This document shows positions 49,254 to 61,254 of a stretch of DNA of 64,000 nucleotides, piece by piece. Each line of letters starts with the position of its first letter. The stretch's first letter is position 1. The notes under the pieces are model-generated. The model had not been told where the DNA came from, searched no databases, and saw nothing but the letters and a program-made list of their open reading frames with translations. The stretch is from Camelus dromedarius (lineage: Eukaryota): positions 87,050,001-87,114,000 of the forward strand of contig NC_087436.1 in the NCBI RefSeq assembly GCF_036321535.1, given 5' to 3'. Both the position numbers and the translations under genes were made by a program.

Positions 49254-50649
49254 CCCACTGGTGCTGAGCCTGAGAGGAACAAACAGATGATAGAGCCTCA
49301 TAAAATAAAGGAGTCAATGTGGGCCCCTTCTGTGCTTGGGGTACCGTCGTTCAAAGGGGAGAGTTCTACAGCAGGAAAGGGCGCTGAGCAGCTAGTTTGT
49401 CCCTGTCCTGTCTGGACTCACAGGTGGTTTCACAGATGACATTGGCTCAGTCACCACGGGCAAGATCTATGGTCTGTGCAGGGGGTGAGGGCAGACTGAG
49501 AAGCCGGCAAGAGATGTGCTGAGAAACAGACCAGCAGACGCCCCTGCAGGACATGCTGCGGATGCCACACGACAGCAATAGGAAGAACGTGGGAGAGGAT
49601 TTTCCCGGCCCCAGGGCCGTCGTCAGGGCTCCAATACCTTCTGTGCACACTTCTGTGGCTGCACGTATTTTGTTGCATCATTACACACGTTGGGTATCTT
49701 TCTCCCAATGTTAGATTAGTGTTTTCTAACCAGACAGCTTGAGCCACTGCACATCAGTGGATAAAGATCTCAATTCATTGCAGTCTAATCAGCACTTTTT
49801 AACAATGAAGAATAGAACATGCAAGCAAGGTGAAGCCTTGCATCTAATGATGTGAAACAAAATAACTGAGTCATACCTACCTGCACACTTGTGATTTAAA
49901 TAAATGTCTTGCTGTAGGCGTCAATCAAAAGGATATGAAAGTGATAGCTATGAGAACGGAGGGCTGATCCAGGTCGTATTCTTTCTTGAATCCTCAGCGC
50001 GTGGCACCTGCATGGGCCTACAGCAGGCGCTCGCTGAAGGTTGGGAGGGAGTCACAGCAGCCCTGTTGGGGCACCCATCCAGAGGGCAGCAGGCTTCAGT
50101 CAGTGCTTCCTCCTTCCAACTTACTGCCCTTGAGCTGAAAGCTCCATTTTGACAACTTTATGAGGGATAGAGGGCAGCAGCAGCAGTCAACTCCAGTGAC
50201 CCTCAAAGGAGTCCCTGACCCTCTTTTCCAGCAGCTACTAAGCAAGGCAAAGCCCATCTTTGTTTCATTATGTTATGCCGGAGAAGCAGGGCACCCCTAC
50301 TCCCACCCACCGCCCAGCACTGCTGGGTCCAGGGACACAAAGCTGTCCCTGCCTCTGTCAGTGGAACCTGGTGGCCTCTTCTGTCCACAGACGGCATGGA
50401 CATCTGTTTCTTCCAACTCTTTGTCTCTCCAGAGAACAGAACAGAAGCAAAAGGGCTAGTTTTGCAGGGTGAGAACTCAAAAGTTGTCAGGAGAAGCGTC
50501 CTAACAGAGTGTTAAGTAGGAGGGTGAGCACGGCCCAGAGAGGTATGGGGATGACTTCTCTATTTCCCATCTCTCACTTTTTCTTTTGGTTTTGTAAATA
50601 GTAGAAGGCCATTTAAAAAAAAAAACATTTATTTCTTTCTAAAGGGTAT

Positions 50650-50885
50650 CTGAGTCAGCTACATCAGCTGGGCTCAGCTGAAATCCAGATTCTAGACTCC
50701 AAGTTTTGGGTTGTGTTCAAATCTTACTCTCCTTGGACCAGCAGCTGTTGGAGGCATGTTCTTCTCATTGGGAATGGCAGGCATGCAAGAAACCGAACTC
50801 AATTTCACAAATGTATTTAGGTCCCCATTGCTATCGAATTGTCTAATATTCCATTAGGTAAAGCAAATTGACGGCGAGGCCCCTT
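50650..50885 (-). mobile_element. MaLR LTR fragment (MLT1-like)
   Basis: tcagctgggctcagctg...ggcatgttcttctcat...ctaatattccattaggtaaagcaa. Confidence 0.5.
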
Positions 50886-51064
50886 TTCAATAAGGCAAGA
50901 AAGTGTATTCTTTTTCTTTTTTCTTTTTTTTTTCTGCTTCTCAAAAACCTATTTCCCCCATTTTTTTCATTGAAATATAGTTGATTTACACTGTTATAGA
51001 AAGCCATTTTTATATGCAGAAATAACGGCACTCACTTTATTCTACTGCCTAGATTTGTTTTTAG

Positions 51065-51320
51065 GAGGCAGTGGAGAGTAGTGGTAACATCCAGAGTCAG
51101 ATGGTCTGGGTTAGAACTCGAGCTCCACCACTTACTAGCTGTGTGACCATGGATAGGTCGCTTAGCCTCTCTGTGCCTAAGCTTCCTCATCTGTAAAATG
51201 GCGATGATAATATTACCTCCTTTATAGGGCTGTTCTGAGAACCAAATAAGTTAATACATACAGAGTAGTCAGAACAGTGCTTGGCCTATAGTAAGTGCTA
51301 AATGTGTATTTGCTATTGGT
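51065..51320 (+). mobile_element. Near full-length MIR SINE
   Basis: ggaggcagtggagagtagtggt...agagtcagatggtctgggtt...ccaccacttactagctgtgtgacc...ctcatctgtaaaatgg...agaacagtgcttggcctatagtaagtgct. Confidence 0.9.
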
Positions 51321-52132
51321 ATTTCTATGAGTTTGTGACCCTGGCCAGACTGTGGCTCTTGAGAAAACAGCTACCTTTAGTATCTTTGTATCTGTGTACA
51401 AAACTATTGCTTGGGCTTTTGGGGCCTACAGATTAACTGCTGAATGAACAAGTGAATGACATAGAATAGAACAGACGCCTCCCCCGAAAGTCACAAGCAT
51501 TTCTGATTTCACCACCGACTGGCTCTTGCTAAGAGACTTGGAGGTCTGAGTGTATTCTGTGCCCGTGGGAAACCACATCTTTAAGACTGTGCTGTGTTTT
51601 TCCAGACCCCCTTTTCCTTCTCCACTGTGAGTCTGACCTTGACCTCCTCAGTCTCAGGGGACACAGGCTGTCCCTCCTGGGGCAAGCCGTAAGGGGATGG
51701 TGAAATTCTGTGCATGTGCCATGACAAGATAGTTCAAGGGAATAGACGCCAGCTGGGCTAGACCGTGGCCACCCAGGGCACGGAGGCGAAGTCCAAAGCA
51801 ACCTGGGCAGGCGACTCCACCAGGAGCGCTTTAGATGCTCGGTCTCCACGTCCTGGGAGAGGGCAAGTGCTCTGCTCCTCAGGTGTCTCCTGCTGCTCCT
51901 CAGACAGCCTCAGTGCTGCAGGAACCTGGGGGCCTCCGTCCCGGACACTCGGAAGGGGCTCACAGAGACCAATCTTACTTATGTAAATTTCTGGAGACAG
52001 TGAAAGTTAACAAAGATGCCTGTGTGTCCAAGATTCTCTGCATCAGACAAATCCTCTGTGAGAGGGAAGTCAAGGCAGTTGGATTTTGCCCTTACTGAAG
52101 TTAGAACCTCATTTGTGTTAGGCTGCAACCTG

Positions 52133-52300
52133 CTTTTTAGGAGGGGTGGGAGGTAATTAGTTTGTTTGATTTATTTATTTATTTATTTGTTTGTTTATTT
52201 TATTTATTTATTTATTTTAATGGAGATACTGAGGAATGAACTCAGGACCTTGTGCGTGCTAAGCACACATTCTACCACTGAGCTATACCCTCCCCACCCC
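52133..52300 (-). mobile_element. tRNA-derived SINE (long-tail form) with TSD
   Basis: gggaggtaattag (TTTA)n atggagatactgaggaatgaactcaggacc...gctaagcacacattctaccactgagctataccctcccc. Flanked by aggctgcaacctg / agactgcaacctg. Confidence 0.9.
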
Positions 52301-52399
52301 CGAGACTGCAACCTGTTAAAATCACTTTCTTAATGTTATTTCAGCACACTTTCCTGTATAAATCAGAGTCTCCAGAGAAGTCCTTCATCCCCACCTGTT

Positions 52400-52855
52400 C
52401 TGACTGTCAATTGGCACATAAGAAACCATGTCCAAACACTGGCTCAGAAATATTATTGGTCATTTATTTTGTTCATGAATCTGCACTCTGGGCAGAGCTC
52501 AGCAGAGAAGACCTCTCCTTCAAGATGCCACACTTGCATGGTCAGCAGGTTGATGCTAATGTTCTGCTGGTAGCTCAGCCCAGCCTGTGAGTTAAAGGGC
52601 TCAGTTCCTCTCCACATGGCCTGAGCTTCCTCACAGCATGGCGCCTGCCTTATAAGGACAAGTGTCCTAAGAGAAAGTGCAGGTGGGAGGCTCAGAAGCC
52701 ACGTAGCATCACTCCCGCAGTACTCTGTTGTTCCAGGCAGTCAGACGCCCACCTGGATTCAAGGGGAGGGACATGCTCTCTTCCTATTTAAAAGGGAACC
52801 AGAGGATAAGAAGCAGAAAACACTGATGTGGCCACTTTTGGAAAAATACAGTCTG
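52400..52855 (-). mobile_element. MaLR LTR (MLT1E/F-like)
   Basis: catttattttgttcatgaatctgcactctgggcagagctcagc...tcagttcctctccacatgg...gcttcctcacagcatgg...ggattcaaggggagggac. Confidence 0.7.
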
Positions 52856-53999
52856 CACTCCACCTAGATGTCTGTTTCACTATCCAGCCCGGCGAGGACA
52901 GTGTTTGGCTAATTCTAGGGGTTTTCCCTCCCATCTAGAGGACAGAAAATTCATTCATGCTTCTGACCTGGTTTCAAAGTAAGTGAGCCCAGAAAGGCTT
53001 TGAGAATTAAAGGCGTGCCTGCTATGTGCTCATATCTTTTTAAATAATATCATCTCAAAAGGAAAAAAAAAACTTCCTGAATGATGAGAAACTGAGTGGC
53101 AGGACTTTCCTCCCCCAAGCCGGCCCCATCTGGCCCCGTTAGATAGAGCAGACGGGCTGGGGCAGAGAGCAGGGTTCCCGGGAGATCATTCTTCCTGTGG
53201 TTCCGAGAAAGTGTTTTGAGTCAGCTAAATGCCCTCCTCAGCCAGAGGGCAGACTTGTGGTCAGCCTCTTAAAGCTGTCGGCTTCAAAGGGCAGTACCCG
53301 GAGGCTGTGCCCTGGGGGATGGGGGATAACAAACTGGAGAGAAACAGTTCTGGTCGAACCTGACATTTTTAAAACAGCCTTCTCTCCAAATGCTTGTGCG
53401 TGGGCCCCCTTGATCTCCTTCAAGAAAAGCTCGATAATGATCTAATAAATAAATCGAACCATACCTTACCGGACTCACTACAACGTTAATTTAATTTAAA
53501 ACTAGCATGTCTAATAGGCAGCACTTTGAAAATGCGTTTCTGGAATTTGTGGTTTGGATTTCAGTCTCCTAAAAATAATACATTTTATATCTACTCCATG
53601 TGTTTGGACTCCAGCTTGTTTTGACTAAAGGACATAATTTGTCAAGATGTTTTCTCCACTGGAATCGGCCTGAGGAGAGTGGGTTTTATCTCCTGAAATT
53701 GCACAAGGCCCTTTTACGTCCTTTTATGAGCGGTTTTGAACTTTTCGTTGTGGTGGTCCCATTTCTTATAAATTCAGGCTTAATGGGAAAAAAATAAAAG
53801 ATTTATGAAAAAAGACTCAAAGAAGACCCAGTGCTTGCCTCTGGGCCCTTCACTGGAGTTCACGTGAGCACTCCACCGCCTTAGCAGTGGAAAAAGGCCC
53901 ACAAGGAGAGAAGGAACAGCCGCCAGGCAAGCCCTGCGGAGCTGGAAGTGGTGAGGGGAAAGTAGTTGAAATACTTCCGGTGGCAGCTAAGCTGCCAAC

Positions 54000-54470
54000 G
54001 TGTTGTACTAACTGAATCAAAGAAGGTCCTCATTGTGAGGACCAAGGGTGTCTCCAGGAACCCAAGGGCAGCAATGCAGTGAGCATCAGGGAGAATTGGG
54101 ACCAAGAACTGGAAAGCAGGCAGGCCTTTGAGACTTGCTGTGGCCTGCAGAAGACACTGAGAAGTCCCAGCATCAGAGGGTACTCAGCAAATGTGAGTTG
54201 AGTGAGTGGCTGGGGAGCTCTGCCATAGCTTTTGATGCTTCTTAAGAGCTCAGCTCTGGCTGGGCCTCATCTGTCTTAGGTCAAATCTTGATTCCTAGGA
54301 AGGGTCTTGAGTCGGCCCAGCCTGGGTCGAGGCCCATTCCAGGACTATTCAGTTGAGCTTGAGGGGCAGGATCACACTGTAACCACACGGCTGCGGGAGC
54401 CTATCCCATGACCATGCAGATGGAGGAGACTGTTCACGTGTGGGCTGGACAGACACCTCAGACGCGTCTA
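54000..54470 (-). mobile_element. MaLR LTR fragment (MLT1K/L-like)
   Basis: gagtcggcccagcctgggtcgaggcccattcc...tcagttgagcttgaggggcaggatcac. By-eye call. Confidence 0.4.
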
Positions 54471-55277
54471 CAGCAGGGGTGAAGGATGCTGTGAGGATAA
54501 AGGGCAAAAGTGATGAGCTTCAGGTGCAGTTTGATGTCAGATTCTTGGACTGTGAGAGCTGGACTGCCTGAAGGTCACCTCATCCAGCTCCACATTGTTT
54601 ACATAAGAAAAACGAGACTCAGAGACGAACTGTTGGCTTCGGTCCATTGTACTTAATGGCACTTCTGAGAAGAGGAGAATGTCTCAGCATTTGGTGTCGG
54701 TTGATTAAATCGGCACAAGTCTTGGAATTTGTTTGCAATACTATTTATAACCATTGTTTATATTTTCCTTTTCTTAATTATGCTCCATACTGTGGCTTGA
54801 TTTTTGTCTAACATTCGCTAAATCTGACCCATAAGTTCTAGTGAGATGGATTTGGGTAGGAATCATTAAACAAAAACTCAGTTTTGGCAGGCAGCGAACT
54901 TTGTCTGCCTGTGAGCAATTACAGAGAGCCTCTTTTGTGTGCTAGTCCCTGTTGGGGATAAGGAAGATAAAGAGACAAACCAGACATCCTACCTGCCGCG
55001 GCATCGCTTACATCAATAGCTTACCGTTTGTTAGGGAGACGGACGGGAACATTGAGGAGTGCAGAGCGAAGGGCTAAGTGGTGTCTGGACGGGGTGTGAA
55101 GGCACAGAGAACGGGGAGCTCATTCAGGGAGTCAGAGGAGCTGAATGTGTCCGACCAGAAGAGTGAGAAACAAAGTGGTGAAATGCCAGGCTGCATTGAA
55201 GGAATTCCAGGTAGCTCCCAATGGCTGGAGCTAAGAGCGGCATGTAAGAAGTGGAAGAGATGAAGACAGAGAGATAA

Positions 55278-55393
55278 GGGGGAGGGTGTAGCTGAGTGGT
55301 AGAGTGCATGCTTAGCATGCATGAGATCGGGGGTTCAATCCCCAGTACCTCTATCAAAAATAAATAAATACCTAATTACTCCCCCAGAAAAAA
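55278..55393 (+). mobile_element. tRNA-derived SINE (long-tail form)
   Basis: gggggagggtgtagctgagtggtagagtgcatgcttagcatgcatgag...gttcaatccccagtacctc...aaataaatacctaattactccccc. Confidence 0.88.
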
Positions 55394-56399
55394 GTTTTAA
55401 AAAGGGCTAGAGTTTGGAGTTTGACCAAAACCAATGAAGTTCCATGAAATATTTTTTAGGAGTATATAAGCAGTATATACTTTATAAAAATCACCCTGGC
55501 AGCAGTGATGGGGGGAACAAGGCCAGACTGGCATCAGGTTGGGGAGGGAAGGTGAGAAGATGAGCGTCAGGGCTCAGGTAGGCAGAGGGAATGGGAGCAG
55601 GGGTGCAGTGCTGGTGGACCCCACAGGCCTGCACACGGATGGGATGTGGAAGCAAAGAGATGGTGTTGTCCAGCGTCATTTGCCCAGTAGGGGATGACTC
55701 GATGGCCAGTATTACCATTGTCTCTGACTTGGAAGCGGAAATGGAGAGGAAGATAATTTGCATTTTAGAGTTTAGGGGCCTGTGAGGACAGCTTTGCAGC
55801 TCAGCAGAGCCTGGGCCAAAAGTAGCAAATTGGGGCTGCTGATGTGTGTGAGGCACGGATCGTGGACAGGACAGGGCCACGCAGGAAGGGAGAAGAGGCC
55901 CCAGCAGTTGGGAACACCGTACATGATGGGGCAGGTCGAGCAAGAGGAGAGTCCAGGAGGAGGGAGAGAAACTGAGAGGGCTTCGAAAGCAGAGAGGGTC
56001 GGGAGAGAAGTTTCTGGAAAAGGGAAACCATCCACTGCACCAAACTTGGCAGGGAGGTCAAGCTAAAGGACAGAGTGGCCCTGGCAGCATGGAAACCTTT
56101 GCCATGTGATCAAATAAGTCCCAGGAGGAACCTGGTAATCGGCTAATGTTGCTAAAGAACTAAAAGTGCAGCGTTTTAAGAGATGAAAGCTAGTAAAAAT
56201 GCTTTCAGTTCGAAGAGTCTGTTTATAACTGAGGGTGTGTGGAATGCACCCCACTCTGCCGTGAGGCAGACTTGGATTTGTCTCAGCCCTGCAGCTTACT
56301 TACTGGAAGACATTAGATAAGTCACCTCTGTAAGCCTCACTGTCTCTGTCTGTCACACAGAGCGCCTGCCTAATTCATAAAGTCTGAGGAGTGTGCAAA

Positions 56400-56625
56400 G
56401 TAATGCTTTCCCCACCTCCTGCCTTATTTTCCTCCACAGCACTCCCCACCCTCCTCACTTACCAATTTACTTACGTATTTTGTCATTCTCTCTAACTAAA
56501 ATATAAACTCTGCCACAGCAAGGTTTCCTCTCTGGCTCATCCCCTGCTGAGTCCCTGGTGCCTTGAGCAGTGTCTTAGCACGTACTAGCTGCTCAGCAAA
56601 CCTTTGCAGACCGGATGGTTAAATG
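56400..56625 (+). mobile_element. L2 LINE 3' end
   Basis: tgccttattttcctccacagcac...taaaatataaactc...gtccctggtgccttgagcagtgtcttagcacgtactagctgctcag. Confidence 0.65.
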
Positions 56626-58599
56626 AGTAAGAAGCAGTGCTGGATGTGAAGTGGTGGGTGGCAGAGCTGGAGTGGCCTTTTGAGGAGTTATTTCTGGGCA
56701 GAATGCTAATACTTAACTGCAAACATGTAAATACTTTGAGAATAAATTCATCACAATAAAAAAACAAAAACAAAAATAAAAACAGAAAAATCCCATTGGA
56801 GGACAAGCCATTACCAAGCCGTCTTCAAAGTCAGCATGGCTGTTCCCAGTGCCCTGGGGGCCATGCTCCTGTTAAGTTTACTCCCTCCTACGAGGCCTTG
56901 CCCATCTTTGGAGAACAGGGGACCTGACCCTTGTCTGTGCTGGGGACAAGCGAGTCACATACAAAGAGAAACAGAGGATTCCAGGAATGCCTAGTAAACT
57001 CCAGAGAAACTGGGAACAGAGGAAACCCTTCTGGTAGAAACCAATCAGGACATCAAAGGGCGCTCTGGGGCCCACAGCTGCAGAGAAGGTGTCGGCAGCC
57101 TCTGCTTCAAAGGCTGGGGTGGATGGTGGGGAGAGACTGTCTTCTCTGCCCAGAACTGATGTCTTAAAATCACAGCCGGCGAAGGTTTAGCAAATGAAAG
57201 AAAGAGCAGTGAGTCTGACTTGCTTCATTAATCTATGTGTTTGTGATGGCAGTCATGATGCTTAAATCTTTCCTCTTCAAAGTGCCTTACACCGTGAACT
57301 CACATACAAATGGGACTCAGCCGAGTGTGGCTGATTAGAAGGAATGTGTTATTCGGATGGAAAAGACTGAAGAGATGCCACTTCCCAATAGCCTGCCGAC
57401 TTGACACATTCTAAAAGGAAATCTGGTATCAAAACATAAATCTAAACAGAAACCAAAATAGCAACAGCAACGTGCATTAACGGGACCTGTTAATTTGTAC
57501 CAAAATCAACATTCCCTCAGCTTCTTGGCTCAAGGGTATTATTCTTTGTTGTTGCTGTTCATTTCTTTTTTCCTTTTCATCTTTCAATTCATCCTTCCAA
57601 GATTCTCGCAGTGTACTTCAGGGTCCAGGCTCTCTTATGGAAAGCATATGTCTTTGGGAACATACTGTACCACTTGAATTTCTGGAGCAAGTTGTATTTC
57701 TGTCCCAGGATTAAGTGAGAAACAATTGTTTGTAGGGTTGGAAGGAACCTTGGGTTAGTTACCCAGTCTGGGGAAACCACGCATAAAGCAGAGTGAGTGT
57801 CTAAAAGACATCTAAGAAAAGAAAGATATCTCCAGTTAACCTATGGACCTCAGTCATTCATTCATCCATTCATTTTATTCATGCAGCATTTGTTCAAAGT
57901 TGACCATGATCTTGCTCTATGCTCGGAGCCCAAAATGCCAAGACAAATATGATTAGTCCCTACCCTCCAGTAGCTTACAGTCCAGAAGAAGAGACAGGCA
58001 GCTATGTCAAGGTCTCAGTCCAGTTTGACAAGGCCAAGGCAGAGGTATCTGTCAGATTCAAGTCATAGGTCAAAAGTTGAGAGGTGGTTAGGGAGAAAAC
58101 TTTAGAGGAATGGATGCCTTTTAAAGAGAGAAAGAAGGAAGGAAGTAAAGAAGGGGAGGTGAGGGTACTTCACACAGAGGAAACTGTACACACCACAGAA
58201 AGTAGTATGATGCAGATGACACTAAAACTGTTTAGTAACCAGAGGCCAAAACCCACTGGAATGGTCCCAACCAATGCCTATGGGCGACAGATCTTTCCCA
58301 CTAATATGCAGAAATCTCCAGGGTGTATTGTTGAGCAAAAAAAGCAGAGTGCCATGTTAAGTGCTAGAAGTCAAGATGGTAGTTACCCTTGGTGAGGTAC
58401 TGACACGAGGGGGCCTAAGATGGATACCAGGGTGCTGGCTTTCTGTTTGTTTCTTCATCCGGGTACTGGTCCCATGGATTTGTTTAGTTTCCGGAAAGAA
58501 ACTAAACTGAACATTTGTGATAAATGCACTTTTCAGTGCAAATGTTCAGTACAGTGTTGTTTGTTTAACAAAATGTTAAAAAAAAATGCCATGCATTTA

Positions 58600-59770
58600 T
58601 GTTGGCTAAAGTCATTGTGAGTGACTCCAGCAAATGGTGTGTATGGAGGAGATGCAAATAGGGGCAAAAAACAAAGCCATGTTAGAAGAGCTTTATATAC
58701 TGAATTGAGGATTTTGAATTTATTTTCATTCCAGAGAGAATGTGGGCATATGATGGAGTTGTGGAGTGTTTAAGAAGGTGGCCTCTGGAGGCTGGCCCCT
58801 AGCTCCCCGATTTAGTCACATATATAACCTTAAATCTCTCCATCTGCAAAATACACCAAATATTGCGTTTGCCTCTGAAGGATTTTTGAGAATCGGATAA
58901 GATAATGAACACACAAAAAGATTTAGTATAGTGCTCACTATATTCAATAGTTAATATTTGCACTTCAGAAAGCTTACTTAGGCAGGAATGAGGAGAATGG
59001 ACGGGGGATGGCCAGACCAGGGGCAGGGAGACAAATTAGAAGGCTATAACAATAATCTAGTGAGAAAGGAATGAGAGCTGACCAGAACAGGGGGAGAATT
59101 AACAGGACTTGATCTGGGAGATGGAAGAGACCACAGAGTCTCAGATGACTCTCAGGAGTCTGACTCCGGTGACTGTGAGTGGTGATACTGTTAGAAAGTC
59201 AAGAGAAGGAGTAGACTTAGCGGGGAGATCGTGCATCAAATTTGAAATCTGTTGAGTTTAGGGATCCCAGGAGCCATCCAGGTGGAGATGGCCACAGGAA
59301 CTCAACAGAAGTGCTAAAGACATAGATTTGGGCAGTATATAAAAGATTATTGAAGACATAAGAGTAGACGAGGTCCTTGAATGAGAAGAGCAAGGGGCCA
59401 AAGATGGAGCCCTAAGTAGCGCTGACATTTAAAGGGCAGACCAAGAAAAGGAACCTATGAAGAAATTGAGAAGAGACCACTGGGAAGGTGAAGGGAACAA
59501 CTGAGAGTGATTTTGTGGTAGCCAAGAAGGGTGCCATCAACTGACAGATGCCACAGAAGTGTCCAGTTAAATGAAGACAAGGATTGTCCACTGACTCTAC
59601 ATGCGATGGCCATTGGTGACTGCAGCAGGCACAGTTCCAGGGGAACGGTGGGACAAAAGCAGGGCTGCCATGGGTGTGTAAGACATGGATTGGAAGAGAG
59701 CAGTCAACAATGCAGTCACGGGAGGGAGCTGCCTACCAGGCAGAAAGCTGATGGTGGCTGAGAAGTCCAG
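58600..59770 (-). mobile_element. Degraded L2 LINE (with MIR fragment at about 58770-58950)
   Basis: Purine-rich antisense L2 motifs: gggagacaaattagaaggctataacaataatctag, gatgactctcagg, tgttgagtttag...catccaggtggagatg, gacatttaaagggcag, gtcacgggagggag. Confidence 0.65.
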
Positions 59771-60679
59771 TCTTTTTCTAAAGATCAAAGAGTTTTGTAA
59801 CTTTTCCCAGTATTCACCTCCACCTACTTTGAAAAAATGTAGACCTATCATTCCTACTTTCTTTCTGCCTTTCTTTCCTCTCCCTCCCTCCCCACTCTGA
59901 GTTTCCTCTTTGGTTGACAAGGAGAAACATATAACCAGAAACACTTCGTGCATTACCTTTTTAAGTGTTTTTAAAATAAGACACTGAAAAGTGGATGTAT
60001 TTAAGCAAGGAAGTCAGAAGAATCCAGCTGAGAGAGGAGTTGGAGCTTGGGTAAGAGAAGGGGCTTCCTCTCTTCCTCCTGCCCCAGCCTGCTGCTTCTG
60101 GGGACTGTCCCTTGGCCCAGAGGTGGTGTGTGTGCTAGTGGGTGTGAACAAGACACACACTCACCACCTTTGTCTCCCTTCTCCCTGCTGGAGTCAAGCC
60201 TCCCGCCTCTGGCTTCAGTAGCCCCGAGGCATCGTTCCTGTGAGGACTACACGCTGCTCTGTCCTGGCTGGGTCTCCAGCCTGCTCGCCCAACGTGGTGA
60301 GCACTCATACCACCTCTGCTCACTCCTCCCCACCCTATCCCAGGCTGCGGGGTAGGGCTCAAAACACACTGTCTTTAGGGCTCAAAACCCCTTCTTGTCC
60401 CTTTCAGTTAGTCGCTAAGTCTCCGTGTTGGCATAGTGCATTTCCTGAAAGGTTACCCAGAGACAGTCTCACTTTAGTTTTTTAGAATACTTCACCTTAC
60501 TGGTAAGGCATCGGGAAGAATTCTCCAGGACATCCAGTGTGGTGTTCTAGGTAGAGCAGGTCTGCAGCTGAGGCTGGTTTGCAGAAGGTAAAGGCGTGCA
60601 CTCACAACTGGCCCTGGGCCCTTGCATCTTTGTGTATCTTCCACCACCCCATGCCTAGGGCTTTGACCATCCGTCAGTT

Positions 60680-60940
60680 CCACAGACATTTATTGAGCAT
60701 CTACTCTGTGCCAGAAACTTCACTAGGTACACTGGGAATTCGACAGTGAAACAGGCAGACAAGATCACTGCCTCATGGAGTTTATGTTCCAGTAGAGGAG
60801 ACAGCCCTTGAGGAAACAAATGTATAAATGAACAGACGATGACCCCAGGCTGTGGCATCGCTTGGAAGGAAGTGCACAGAGCCCTGTAAGGCAGGAGCAC
60901 GTTTATGCTGAGACCTGCAGACTGGATAGGAAGGAAAAGC
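60680..60940 (-). mobile_element. L2 LINE 3' end
   Basis: acatttattgagcatctactctgtgccag...acagtgaaacaggcagacaagatcactgcctcatggagtttatgttccagt. Confidence 0.8.
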
Positions 60941-61134
60941 TGCCCCTCATTCCCCAACTCCTTTAACGTTTCTTTCAATAAAATATTTATTTAAATATTG
61001 CATTTATGCTATGCATGTTCCTGGTCAGTGGGTTCACAGACCTCTAACACATCTGACCCCTACGGATCGTAATCTCTAAGGGGGGTTCATCTCACCTGAA
61101 GACACCTCTGACGCTGGTGGGGTTTGTTTTGCAG

Positions 61135-61254
61135 GTGAGCCGGCCCCATCCCAGCGACCACCCTCTCCTGATCCTCTTTGTGGTGGGCGGAGTCACAGTC
61201 TCCGAGGCCAAAATGATCAAAGACCTTGTGTCAACCCTGAAGCCAGGAACCCAG
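61135..61254 (+). CDS. SCFD2: SCFD2 internal coding exon (probably exon 8), 120 bp, phase 0 to 0
   Basis: Acceptor tttgttttgcag|, donor CAG|gtactg. Translates VSRPHPSDHPLLILFVVGGVTVSEAKMIKDLVSTLKPGTQ, containing the Sec1/Munc18-family 'FVVGGVT.SE' motif. Confidence 0.95.

Larger units (their letters stand above)
46201..61134 (+). other. SCFD2: SCFD2 GT-AG intron (14,934 bp)
   Basis: gtaaag...ttttgcag between two in-frame exons. Confidence 0.92.
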
